Shown in pieces: positions 1-12,730 of a stretch of DNA of 64,000 nucleotides (positions are counted from its first letter, which is position 1; each line of letters opens with the position of its first letter). The notes under the pieces were generated by a model that ran no database searches, was not told where the DNA came from, and was given only the letters and a program-made list of their open reading frames with translations. The position numbers were made by a program, and so were the translations under genes. The stretch is from Schmidtea polychroa. Its lineage: Eukaryota. The stretch lies in the NCBI GenBank assembly GCA_044892525.1, contig CM097888.1:61008001-61072000 (forward strand). The letters are read 5' to 3'.

Positions 1-50
1 AATTCTTTATTTAATGTTCTAATAAAACAATTGTTAGTTTTTTGGTTAAG

Positions 51-161
51 AAAGACGATACATACCTCAATTTGATAATGGAATATATTCCCGACACAGT
101 GTACGATTTAGTAAGAAAATTCCGACAAAATAGAACTGTTATTCCGAGTCAATATGTGAAG
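51..161 (+). CDS. GSK3: GSK3/shaggy-family Ser/Thr kinase, internal exon (upstream exons lie outside the window)
   Basis: AG acceptor at 49-50, 111 nt encoding KDDTYLNLIMEYIPDTVYDLVRKFRQNRTVIPSQYVK, GTCAGT donor at 162. Aligns with GSK3B KDEVYLNLVLDYVPETVY...YVK. Confidence 0.95.
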
Positions 162-207
162 GTCAGTTATAGTTTTATTGTAGAAATTATTTTTCATTTA
201 TGCATAA

Positions 208-360
<153 letters not shown>

Positions 361-722
361 TAATTATTAATTTATAATCTTTTCGGAGTAATATACATTT
401 TTTATAATTTGTAAAATTTAATATTATTGATGAACCATAAAGGAAAAAAAAATTTCCCAAAGATTCCCTTAATATTTTTAATATCTACATTGAAGTTGTA
501 AATATTGGCTTTTGATGAATTCTAATAGGGTATATTCCAATCTTACTCGTAGTAGACTACTTGCCTGTATTTTAATAATTGATAATAACAATATAGTGAT
601 TCAAGTGATTCATCTGCATTACTTAAGAATTACTTAAGTGTAAGTAATCATTTTTGGAGTTCTGAGTATTTTAATCTCAAATTTCTGACAAATATGTGAC
701 ATTCTTGTTTATTTCTATTTAC

Positions 723-858
723 NNNNNNNNNNNNNNNNNNNNNNNNNNNNNNNNNNNNNNNNNNNNNNNNNNNNNNNNNNNNNNNNNNNNNNNNNNNNNN
801 NNNNNNNNNNNNNNNNNNNNNNNNNNNNNNNNNNNNNNNNNNNNNNNNNNNNNNNNNN
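723..858. other. Assembly gap (one of seven)
   Basis: N runs at 723-858, 3178-3326, 28383-28523, 29236-29363, 35560-35726, 56801-56997 and 62558-62789. Confidence 0.99.
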
Positions 859-1578
859 AATGAAAATTTATAAGCCTTTAGCTGCAAAGCATATATTGAA
901 TAAAATGAAAAATATTCGATTATGAAATTCATCGTTGTCAATTTATTCTATTTATGGATTCTGCAGGGAGAAAACATATTTGACGAATTCTTGCACAAAG
1001 ATTACCTTAACAGTGTTCAACAACATGTATTTGTGTATTAGAAATTCAGAAACCTTTTTGAAATTTATTTAGGCAAGTTCTTTTTAAAAAAGAAAAGGCC
1101 AAACACAATGCGTTGTTGACCATATTGTAGTACATATTGAATTTCATATGAAATTTCTCAAAAAAAATTTCATTCAAATCTTATTCAAAAAATAAGGAAA
1201 TCTCAATGTAAAATTCTTTACTGCCGATGTTGACTTTAAATGTATAATTTCCGACTGATGAGATTTTCGGAATTTGAGTGGTTTTCATAGAAAATTCATA
1301 GAAAATATCTACTCTTTTCTAAATAAATTTTTCTTTCCTTAGATCTTTTGAGTATGACGAGTAAATTAAATGTTCACTATTAATTTTTATTTAACCCGTA
1401 GGCAATATAAGTCTAAATAATAAGATAGACTTAAAATATTTTAAAATGAAAAAATATCGCCAAATAAATACTTTAAAATAAAACTTTAACTTTCAATCAT
1501 CCTACTTGAAATTGTTGTAAAGTTTTGTAAAACAACAAATTATTTAATCAAATGATTAGTAATAATAATAATAAAATT

Positions 1579-1809
1579 CACTTAAAAAAGGCAGTGCCAA
1601 AAATTCGTGAGTATCAACAAACATCGATATATTACTGATTTATAGTTTTCAAACTCTCTTTTTAATAAATTCAATGGAAAAAATAATCAGTGGTGAAATT
1701 GGAAGAAATAAAAGTTATAATAATAATAATATTGTATTTATTAAAAAACTTGACTATGATATCGATGTTTTTCTGATATTAACAAATTTTCGGCACTGCC
1801 TTTTCTAGT
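1579..1809. mobile_element. Long-inverted-repeat (foldback/MITE-like) dispersed element in a GSK3 intron
   Basis: Left arm aaaaaggcagtgccaaaaattcgtgagtatcaacaaacatcgatat is an imperfect reverse complement of right arm atatcgatgtttttctgatattaacaaattttcggcactgccttttc. Related segments occur at ~6620-6752, ~6875-6905, ~39190-39310 and ~42889-42925. Confidence 0.7.
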
Positions 1810-2837
1810 CAAAATTCGTGAATATCAAAATATATGAGTTAAGTATATATGAGTTAAGTAGCTTCAAAAGCAAAACGGTTTCTGTTTCTGAAAACAAAAT
1901 TATTGAAGTCATTATTTTGAAAAGTGCAAATGATATCATAATAATACCATATTACAATGGCAATGGATATTTTTACACAAAATTTATCTATTATTGTGAG
2001 CTCATTTAGTAGCCTAATCTTTGGTTGTTGATAATTCACATGGAACGGCAAAGATAAATTATGCTATTTCAGTTTATTATTATCTAACAAGGTGCCATGT
2101 CATATCGTCATTTTATTACTGTCAGTTGTCAATTTTCATGCTTTATCAAATCGCCACCGTTTATGGCATGAAATAATAACCATATGATGGATTTGTTTTA
2201 ATTAATATTAAATTTATTTTATTTCTTGATTTAATTGATCACAATAATTTTTATTAAATTAATAAACCTAAATTTAGTACTGAAATCGTTTTGAATTATG
2301 CTATTATTATTAATTTTCATATTAAATATTTATCGTTTTTTGTTAGGAACGCATTATAATTGATAAATAGTAATTGAGTAGGAAATGTAAGCCTTTCTGA
2401 AAGTTTCATTGAAAGAGAATTTTTGATTTTAAAATAATCGTTTTCAATCTGATACGAAAGGTAGCTAATATTGTAATGATGTTGTATATTATATATAATT
2501 TATAACATGCTGATATTAAAAAACTATGAATAATTATTATTGCAATGCAAACAATATTCTTGGAACATCGAAAATAAGTTGAAAAAATATTTTGAAAAAA
2601 AGTAAAAATTATTGTATTTTAATATATAGAACTTAATTTTTTAAATGATTTTTAATTTCTTTTCTGATAATCGGCCGAATAAATTGTGTTTAATATTAAA
2701 CATTTACCTATAGACGAAAATTAAATGAAGATAAATGAAGTTGTAAAGTAAAACAGGTCAAATCAAAGTTAAATTAATTTTAATTTAATTCTTTTATATA
2801 TCTATTTTGAAAGAACATTCATTAATTGACAACAATA

Positions 2838-2839
<2 letters not shown>

Positions 2840-2884
<45 letters not shown>
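2840..2884. repeat. (TTA)15 microsatellite
   Basis: Direct reading. Confidence 0.95.
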
Positions 2885-3870
2885 GATGTTGTTAAAAAAT
2901 CTTCGTTTCGTTCAAAATCATAAGTCATTTAGCAATTCAAATATTATTAAAATTAATATATATCAGATGTATCTAGGAGTATATAAACAAATTAAAAGCG
3001 GCACTTTCTTTTTTTATTTAATTTTACTTAATGTTCAATAAATTTTTTAAAAATTAAAACATTCGAAATTTAAAAATAATAATTTAACAATAATAATTTA
3101 ACAAATGCTAAATTTATACTAATTTGGAAATATACGTAAAATTACTTATCAATGTATATAAAATCTTTTAATCTAATNNNNNNNNNNNNNNNNNNNNNNN
3201 NNNNNNNNNNNNNNNNNNNNNNNNNNNNNNNNNNNNNNNNNNNNNNNNNNNNNNNNNNNNNNNNNNNNNNNNNNNNNNNNNNNNNNNNNNNNNNNNNNNN
3301 NNNNNNNNNNNNNNNNNNNNNNNNNNTACTACAGAAAGATTTAATGTAAATTTTATATTTCATTATTTTCAAAATAATGTTATCATTATTAATGATATTA
3401 ATATTATTAATTATAATTTTTTCACATGAAAAGATTCATTATGGTGATATGTTGTCACGATCGGTTAAAAACTCGCGAAGTACACGATTTTTTTGTTTGA
3501 TCTTTTAACTTCTGCCACTTTTTTATTGCATTTTATTTCTACTGTAAATAATGAAATACATCAGTAAAATTGCAATTTAATTAGAAATCAAATTGGTGAT
3601 ATTAAACCATAATTTAAAATTTTCACTACAAATATTATCGGATTAATATTACATTAATTCATTTTATAGTTAAAATTTTAGCGCCAGAATATTTTAATCT
3701 TCGGTATTTTTTGACTGACGCATCAGTTTCAATTGCAAAATTTGGAACCCCTTTTCAATCTGATCTGCTCTATATCATATAAGATCATTTATTGTAAAAA
3801 AAACTCAAGATTAGAATTCTCGAAGTTTATATGAAAGTGTATAACTATATAACTATTTTATTTATAACAG

Positions 3871-3977
3871 TGCAAAAATTTTGGTTTCTGGACAACCCAA
3901 TGTGGCTTATATATGCTCCAGATTTTATCGGGCTCCTGAATTAATTCTTGGTTCCGCAAATTATACATGTTCTATCG
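3871..3977 (+). CDS. GSK3: GSK3 exon (activation segment)
   Basis: tttataacAG acceptor. 107 nt encoding [35 protein letters not shown], with GTGAGA donor at 3978. Confidence 0.95.
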
Positions 3978-4021
3978 GTGAGAATAATGACAATCTAGTT
4001 GAAATTTCATATAGTTCTTAG

Positions 4022-4215
4022 ATGTATGGTCAGCTGGCTGTGTTATTGCTGAAATGCTGCTAGGTCGGGCACTTTTTTCTGGTCAAAACAATATCGATCA
4101 ACTGGTAGAAATCATAAAGATAATGGGTTCTCCTAGTGCAAATCAAATAAGAGAAATGAACTCTACTTATAATGAATTTAAATTGCCAAAAATGAGTCCC
4201 ATACCCTTTGAAAAG
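4022..4215 (+). CDS. GSK3: GSK3 exon
   Basis: Follows a 44-nt intron (3978-4021). 194 nt encoding [65 protein letters not shown]. Ends at an AAG|GCAAGT (GC) donor. Confidence 0.92.
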
Positions 4216-4886
4216 GCAAGTTCAACATGTATTCAGCTTGTTTCCTCTTATGTTTTCTAAATGTTGATATATTTTATCCTTTATCTATTTATTATGATTT
4301 TTAACAATATATTATTATTAAAATAAAAATAACTTTATTTGACAAAAATATGTATATTTAATTAAAATAATTTCGTTTTATACACACAATCACCGATTTT
4401 TTAAAAAAAAGTTAATTAAAAAAAAGGAGTTTTAAATTGTTTAGAAATAATAAATAACCACATATAAACATTCTCTTATCTATTTTACTTAGATTTCTTT
4501 CTTATTATTGCGCATAGACCAACATTTCCGTATTATTCATCAAATATTAAAGTCAGTGGGACCTAATTGCAAATCTCAAAACCCATTACAGCATTTTGTC
4601 CTAATAAAATATCAGAACTGCATAAATTTTATTCTTATGTTATTAGTAAAAGCATTTATCTTCTTCACCTATGGTTCGTTTTCATTTATCTTCAATTCAC
4701 TTATTTTACAATAGATCAATGTTAAACAATTAATACAATTTTTACGCACACAAAACGCGTACCAAAATCTCAAATATTTAAACAACACACAAATTCCATA
4801 CAAATAAAATAATCCAGTTATTAATTATAAATCAAACCATTTCGTTTTTTTTAATTTCGAGCCACTCATCTAACAAACGCCATTAA

Positions 4887-4921
4887 AGCAGGAGAAGGAG
4901 CAGGAGAAGGAGCAGGAGCAG
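4887..4921. repeat. 12-bp purine-rich minisatellite (AGCAGGAGAAGG) x ~3
   Basis: Direct reading; lies in the GC-AG intron. Confidence 0.8.
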
Positions 4922-5915
4922 AAACAGGGAGTTCTTTTGAAAGCTTTTACACGATAAATACATGATAAATAATTTGTTTCATTATCATGTGTACTAATGA
5001 AATGTATTATGCCCTTTTATCCTGGTGGAATAAGGCTAGAACGGGTGTGGTTCAATAGGTGTAATTACGAATCTTCTTGGCAATTGCATTAATTATTATA
5101 AGTAATTACTAATTATTTCGTTTTGTGATATTGCAATGTTTTTTTTTATTTTATTATAATAATATTTTATCTTGTGTGAAAAGAAATGTTTCAAAAGAAA
5201 ATTATATTAATAAAAATTCATAATCATTACAAAATGAATTATTTGTTTTTTTATTTATTAATATTTATTAAATCAAAAAATATATTGTACTTTTCTTAAT
5301 TTCAAAAAATATTATTAAAATTTAAAATAAAAAAAGTACATAATTTTTTTACATTAATGTCCACGACAAATTTCGATTGTTTAAATTACAATTAAAAAAT
5401 ATTTTATTTCACCAAATGCAATATTTTAGATATAGTTATAATAATGGAAAAGTATACACTATGCAATAAATGAATTATATTTCCGAGAAAACTTGTCTAG
5501 GCCGAGAGCATTTTTTTTCAAAACTAAAATTAATTAAAATGTATTTGTGAACTACAATTACACAAACCAAGTTAGACAGTTTAGCAAAAAATTCAATTGA
5601 GCGAAATTTATCAAAAATACCATCACCAATTTAATAGGTAAAAGGCCGAAAAGATAAATTCTTGTAATTCTTGATATGCATCAATAAAACATTTTTTTAT
5701 TTAAGTTTATATGGCGGAAGTTGAAGAATCGGTCATATATGACTTGTGACCTTCAATACCGTTATTTAAAACAAATCTTCAATAACTTAATTTTTCATTA
5801 AATATTATTCAAATTTATAAACATGTAATTTTCTAGAAATAAAATGTTTTAATGAATATTTAAAATTTATCTTTATGAGTCGTAATATTTAAAAATATTT
5901 AATTATATTTTACAG

Positions 5916-6102
5916 TTATTTTCTGATAAAGTCGATCCAGAAGTCATTCATCTGTTGACGCATTTATTGGAATATTCACCGATTCAAAGATTAACTTCTT
6001 TAGAATCATTGGTTTATACATATTTCAATGAGCTAAGAGAAAGTTCGTTTCGACTACCAAATGGTGGCCAATCTCCTTCCTTATTAGATTTCAGTCTCGA
6101 AG
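5916..6102 (+). CDS. GSK3: GSK3 exon
   Basis: ttttacAG acceptor. 187 nt encoding LFSDKVDPEVIHLLTHLLEYSPIQRLTSLESLVYTYFNELRESSFRLPNGGQSPSLLDFSLE, with GT donor at 6103. Confidence 0.93.
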
Positions 6103-7743
6103 GTGGGAAAACTATATTTTTTTCGATAACTTTAATATTTAGATATTCCTCATAAAATGAAATTCTATACTATTAAAAAAGGAATAAACAGATCAAAATG
6201 ATAAATAATTTTACTGAGAACTAATATAATTTTTAAATTATGAAAGTTTGTGATACAGCTTCAAAATATATGGGGTCTTCAAAGGATTTGTAATTCTTTT
6301 TAATGATGTGAATGAGACAAAATTAAAAAGAATTTTCTAATAATCGAATTTTTTTCATTTAATATATATCTTGCAGTTAAAGGCTTATTTTATCATTTAT
6401 TAATTTAACATTTAATGTATGGTGCTATCAAGAAACCATCATTTTAAAATCTTAAAACATTATTAAAAATCTGTTCATGATTGAGTTATTATATATTTAT
6501 TTTCTTTATCTCATATAATATGCAAATGAAGATTCTTTTAATCATTTCGGAAATTCAATATATTTTATCTTATTAATTTCTTTTTAATTATAATCTAATC
6601 CTTTAATTTTTTTATAAGAACTTTTTTCAATTTTCACCACTGATTTCTTTTCAATTGACATTGTATTTATTAAAAATCTTGACTATGAATCAGTAAATAT
6701 ATCGATGTTTTTTTGATATTCACGAATTTTAAGCACTGTCTTTTTCAAGTGATTTTTAATCCGGTTTTATTTAATTAATTTTTAATTATTGACACCTATT
6801 ATCAAGAAGAAAGAAGATGCAGAAACAAACGACAAAGGAAAATTACACGATAAAAATAATAAATTAAATGAAAAAAATAATCAGTGGTAAAATTGGAAAA
6901 AATTTTATAATATTAACTATAATGATTATAAACACAAAATACAAATTAAAATGGGTTATTACACTCAATCAAGTCTGTTCCTTACTGGGGTGACATGTTT
7001 TCAGGGAGCAAATCAAACATGCAATCAAAATAAAAAAATGTAACTCATTATTTGTTTTTATACAACATAATTTTAACAAGTTTAGATTTAGATTATACAG
7101 TATCAAACCACATGCGTATAAATTAAGCTTTAATTCCAACTAAATTAACATAAATTTATAAAAATACATTAAAAAGTTTAAAGAAAAGTTTAACTATTAA
7201 TTGAACTTTTTAATTTTTAGACTGTTTTTTCTAATCGTGATTTTCTTTTTAATTTTATTTATATCGCTCTTAAAGCGTCGCCAGTTCCATATCGGGTTTC
7301 CCTTAAATGCTGCCACAAACCTCATATGAAGCCTTGACAACTTAAAAGTAATCGAATAAATAAAAATATCCATATGAGGCTCAGAATAGAGCATGGCGTT
7401 TTGGGAGTGTATTAGCGGTACCTCATATGAGGCCGGTGACACTTAACAAGTTAAATTGTATTATCGTTTATGAAATTTTAAGAACCCTTTGGAAATAAGA
7501 TCGTTAATTAAAATTAATTTATAAATGAATTTTTTTTTGGTACGTAAGTGGTGCAAATATGCGGAACTAAGCTGCATACATGATAAAGTTTGTATAAAAA
7601 ATTTATGACTATCGATCCTTTTATTAATATTATTGACTTGTTCTAATCTAATGACAAAAAACTATTTTTGATCAATAATGAATGCAAAATTTAAAAATTT
7701 AATTTATAATAAAATGGTTTGTTTTAATCTTTAGTTTTTTTAG

Positions 7744-7790
7744 AATTAACTATAAAACCTTCGTTGAATCATTTATTGAAACCAACGTGA
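7744..7790 (+). CDS. GSK3: GSK3 terminal coding exon
   Basis: ttttttAG acceptor in phase 1, encoding (E)LTIKPSLNHLLKPT-TGA. Resembles the ELSxxPxLxxxLxP segment that follows the kinase domain in GSK3/shaggy. Confidence 0.8.
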
Positions 7791-8529
7791 CCAAGGAAGG
7801 TAGATGTGATTATTTATAATGCCAATATTAAAACTTTATTTTTAGCAGATGAAAAGTTAATGTTGCTTTTGTGATTTTGTGACTCATAAAACAATTTTTA
7901 AGTAATATAAAATAATACAATAGCACCTATTGTAAACATTTTAAACTTCTTAATTAATGATCTGGTTTTTCAGACATTGACTCAATTACAGATATTGTGC
8001 GCATTCAAGATCAGAGGTACTTTTACAATTTTATTTTGATTATTCCACATATTTTGCGTTTTATTTCTCGTAGAATCACCGATTTCATATATTCTAATTT
8101 TATATCTATTTAAACAAAGTAAAATTGTAAAAATGTGAATATTGTACAAAGTTTTGATAAATATAATTTTAATCTTGCTTTAATATAAAATGATTTATTA
8201 CTATTATTGTTTTTATAAAAATAATTTAATCACTACAAACTATTTATAAAGCCAGCATCATCAAATGATTATATCAAAGAAGCACTGAGTTTTAGAAGAT
8301 GTTCTGGATTTATCAAAGAAAATTTCAAAGGTTTTTAGAAATGCCAAAATGCTAGAAGTTCACCAATAAAAAGCACAGAAAGTTACCTAAAAATAGAAAT
8401 TTGAATAAATATTTAGTAAATTTTAAAAGATTTAAAAATATTAAACAAACAAAAGTAATTTTAGTAAAAAGAAATTAACACAATTACAAAATAAAATGTA
8501 ATTCTTAGTCTTTCGTTTATGATCATCAC

Positions 8530-8640
8530 GTGAGTCCTGGATCCTATTTTTTGCACTTGGAATATATATGACTTGATCTCTTTACAGGTTTTCCTATTTT
8601 TTGTTACAAACTATACATCTTCTTAAATTGTGACCGGGTA
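8530..8640 (-). pseudogene. piggyBac-like transposase C-terminal Cys-rich domain relic
   Basis: The minus strand reads GHNLRRCIVCNKK, then after a frameshift RSSHIYSKCKK*DPGL. This resembles the RRCxVC...SxxxCxxC...PGLC pattern of piggyBac C-termini. Stops and frameshifts are present. Confidence 0.45.
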
Positions 8641-9149
8641 ATTTTTCTAAACCGACACCGTTTGAATTAACCTTATTAGTAACTCTAGGTTTCTTATTTT
8701 TTTCGGATGCCTAATCTTGTTTTATACTTTTTTATTATATAATATGTGAACTTGATAACTAACATAACTCTATTATTTATATATTTTTTAATAATGCCCA
8801 TGTTTCTGGAATATTTAACTTATTTAACATTTATTATTTTTACTTTGGAAAATCCATTTTTAGTGCTAGTAAAATAAGTACCAAGGCCAAACAGAAAATA
8901 TTTTAAAGAGTAACTTATTACTGAATTGTATAAGACCTATCTACGATATATCTTGGTGTGATAAGTGATGGCATGGGAAGTGTGATAAAAAAGCAAAGCT
9001 GGATTGTTAAAATGTACCTTTCCGAGTTCAGTTAAATTTCCTCAACAACACATAATAAACTATGTAAATATAACACAAATAAACACAATATTCAATAGCA
9101 ACAAGTTACAAAGTTCTTTTTAAAATAATAGGTTTACAACACACGTTGC

Positions 9150-9900
9150 CTTGGGTAGGTAGATGATTTTGTCCTACCAGAACGATTCCTCTTCTTTATG
9201 GAGCATATTTAGCATTAGTTAATTGGATATTTGGTATAGAAATGGGTTGATGAATTAAGTAATGAATCACTAATCTTATGAATTAATAGAGATCTTAAAA
9301 GAGAACCGTTAGATGAATTTCTGACATAATCTTTAGAAAAAAACATTAAAAAATTTCAGGACAGGATAAATTCTCACTGAGGGATTACTGATGCCGAAAA
9401 AAGAGTCATTTGATACGGAAGCTAATAATGGCCCTATATACTTGAATACTATGATATGCGAATCAAATAAAAAATAAGTTAGGATTCCTTGAGGATCTTC
9501 TGCTAAATATTATGGAGTAAACTATCTAATTGCTCAGTCTAAAAATTTGTTAAATGCTTTATTTATGTAGGCCAAATATATTGTTCAAATTTGCCAGGTG
9601 TATTGTATAACTGTTTAATGGATTGCATTTCGAGTATGGACAAGTAAAGTCACTCTTTATTCAGTGAACGTGTTAGAAACAGTTTCAAGTTCTTTTCCAC
9701 AAAGTGAGTTCTCACTATTTACCAAACCTGAACTAAAAACTTAAAGTTGCGAGTTCAATATCCTGGGTACAGGTACATCAAGTAATGGCTGTATTCTTTT
9801 CCCAGGAACATTTAAAAAAATATTCAGGCGTTGACGCAGGATGACATAATACTATTAACTATCAAAGATAACGTGCGATGCTTCATTAAATATATTCATT
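9150..9900 (-). mobile_element. Degenerate CR1/L2-like LINE ORF2 3' fragment
   Basis: Minus-strand fragments in the expected order: VPRILNSQL (cf. GVPQGSILGP), SLCGKELETVSN, and TNAKY...NHLPT (cf. WNxLP). Many stops and frameshifts. Confidence 0.45.
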
Positions 9901-11906
9901 GATCAGCAACTCTACTGCAAAAAAACATTCACAACTGAAAATTTATATTAGCTCGGTACATTCCAGATGACTAAGGTGAGTAAATACCGATCGAGTAATA
10001 TAGGAAAGCATAGTTAAGTCATATGTACTCGATCAATATGAGATTAAATAATCAAGGTGACACCATTCGAACAAGTTTTTGGTATGCATATTCTCCAAAA
10101 TATCTTTAAAAATTTAATTCATTGCAAACAGTGTAGCTATATTATTACAAGAGTAAAGACTATTTATTCCGTCCAGTTATGAAAATAATAATTAAAATTA
10201 ACAATGACATAGTTAAATTAAATTATAAAATGTTAAAAATTTTGTTACAAAGATTTTGTTTTAAAAATGTAAAATCAAGAGATTTTTAAATAGTATTTTT
10301 TTGAGTTTGTTAATTGAAATTATGAATTGTATTTTAATTTTTGAATCATATTTTCATTCAAATTGAAAAAGAAAATATTAGAAAACTTTTATCGTCGATT
10401 AAGTTTAATAATATCAAAATGAAATTATGAAAATTTTAATAAATAAACAACAATCTATGTATGACTTTATGAGCGCATTTAATAATTATTCAAATAAAAT
10501 TCAAGCTACGTCAAGCTTATGGTCATTTCTCAGCTATTGGAATTTAAAATATGTCGATAATTTTGAATTTTCTAACATTTCTAAAATGTCTTGGATTTCC
10601 AATTGAAGTTATAACCTAAGTTATAACTAATGAAGTTATAATCAACAGGATCACTAATGAAACAGGTTTTCGCTTGTACTAATGATTTCATAAATTATCA
10701 ATTACGAACCCGAAGCTAATGGCGCTCACTGTTCCATCAATTCCCAACCACAGTATCATAGTTCCCACCATGAATACGGAGCTGAGTAATCATTGAAGTG
10801 CCAGAAATTAAAGATTTAAATCAACTCAGTGATTTCTTTTCAAGAAAAGAATACAGTAAGTGAATTCCAACCCTTTCATCAACAGGAACAAGTTCTCGTG
10901 TTATTTATTAATATATTTAATTACATAGCCAAAACAAATATTCAATGTTAATTAAATGAAAAAATTTCCAACTGTGGCTGCTTTAATAAAAGTTGCATTT
11001 TATGGTATTTTACTCCATTACGTCGATTAAACTTTACCTTATCGAGGCATTTCAAAAGCAAAAAAGTTAAACTAATTCACCAGCCACTTTATCAGGTAAA
11101 TTGTCAATATTGGATAAGTATAGTTTTAATGAAAATAGCCGTAGAAAAATCTGAAAACCATAATGATATAATTAATACTTTAAATTTCTATTAGGTGTAT
11201 TATTAATGTGATCAAGTAACACAATTTAGGTTTAATAAGTCAAGCTTAATAATCAATTAACTACTCATAAATTAAAAAATAACATCCCAAATAGACTATC
11301 AAATTAGTATCATATTGCATTTAATCAGAAAACAACTACGTTCACAAATTATCGACAAAAATTATAAAAATTTTAGATAATTAAAAAAAATCTATATATG
11401 ATTAAATATTTATATTATTAATACATATCAAAATCAAATGTCTAGAATAGAATTATATTTAATCAAAAACAGTTGCGTAAAAAAAGCTTCAAATAAAATA
11501 ATACTTTATTTATATTTCAAATTATCATAAATTGTACATTTAATAAATTTAAATAACTGCTATTATAAAATATTATTTAAACAATTTATTATATCATAAA
11601 ATATTTAAATAAAGTTAAATATGACAATTACTTAAATATAAATGTTTATTAAAATCAATATTATTAATTTCCAAATTAAGGTTGAAAAATATGTCTCTGA
11701 ATGTTCTAAAATTAATTATGATTGATCTTAAAGATCTAAAAATTACTTTGTTCAATAACAATAATTAAATGGTTGATATAATAATATAGGACGTTCTTAA
11801 CATACCAATATTAAATATATTGACGCAAAGGCTTGCATACAGAAACAAGCCCTGTTAATCTCAACATATAAAAGTACAGAGTTGGTTAGTTAGTTAGCCT
11901 TTTTAA

Positions 11907-12730
11907 CCCCTTGCAATCGCATAATTAGTTTCACAACTTTGCATCCATTGCAAGGTAAAATGTTGGTGTCTTTCAGCAAATGATGAGCTCTACTTTTACA
12001 CTGCTTAGACTCTAATTTATATTGGATTCTGAGACGACTTTTGAAAGATGTGACTTCGTCTTCAAATAAAAAATGGCCTCTTCTTATTTTAATCACTTTT
12101 CATATTACACTTGATCAATTTGTGAGTTGAAAAATGAATTAAATGGATTCAATTGTTATCAAAACAGTACAAAAAAATTATAGGTCATATTGTAAGGTTT
12201 TCTCACATTATTTTCAGGGCACCGAAGAAGTCTTTGAGTCTTTTCATTTGGTGAGATTTCTTTTTTAGCCTGATTCTTCCGATTCGTTCCAATTTACATT
12301 TTCGTTTTTCCAAAAACTATGCCGGCATATCCGACTATGAGGGGAAACAAGTCGACATGAAAATTCTCTAATACCCTTGAAACTCAAATTAAAACGATAT
12401 ATATAATTTTTAATTCAAGATAGTAACTTCAATTGACCCTGACAAAAAATGCCAAATGACTTTTAATCTGACATGTGAGCTTTGTCACCAAAAATACTTC
12501 TAATTATTACTCTTTCAGACATTACAGATTAAAGGATCTACGTGAATTTATCATTTCTATTTTATTAAACCGTAATTTTTTAAATGACCTCACCTTCTCC
12601 ACGACTCTCAAATGGATGTTATTCATTGCTGCTTCGCTGAAAGATTTTTAAAAACATGTAGTTGCAATTACTTTCTCCAATATTGACCAGAGTTCTGCTT
12701 TTGTATTACATATATCATTGTTATCATCAA
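11907..12730 (-). mobile_element. Degenerate piggyBac-like element end with transposase relics
   Basis: TTAA (11903-11906) abuts CCCCTTG. The minus strand gives, in order, DDNNDIC..ELWSILEKV, SI.ES.WR, IGTNRKN (cf. GTxRxNR) and KDTNILPCNGCKV (Cys-rich tail). Heavily mutated, and the other end was not found. Confidence 0.4.

Noticed and set aside
648-941. ORFs spanning N runs (also 3142-3372, 28332-28620, 29175-29480, 35530-35859, 62449-62895)
   Set aside because: They are open only because the Ns hide stop codons.
1247-1275. CTGATGA inside a hairpin, possible hammerhead ribozyme
   Set aside because: No GAAA core or third stem follows.
10700-11100. Tc1-like HGG.TMILW fragment (-) and a Tc1-like TIR fragment at ~11078 (+)
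   Set aside because: The orientations are incompatible with one element and the matches are too short.
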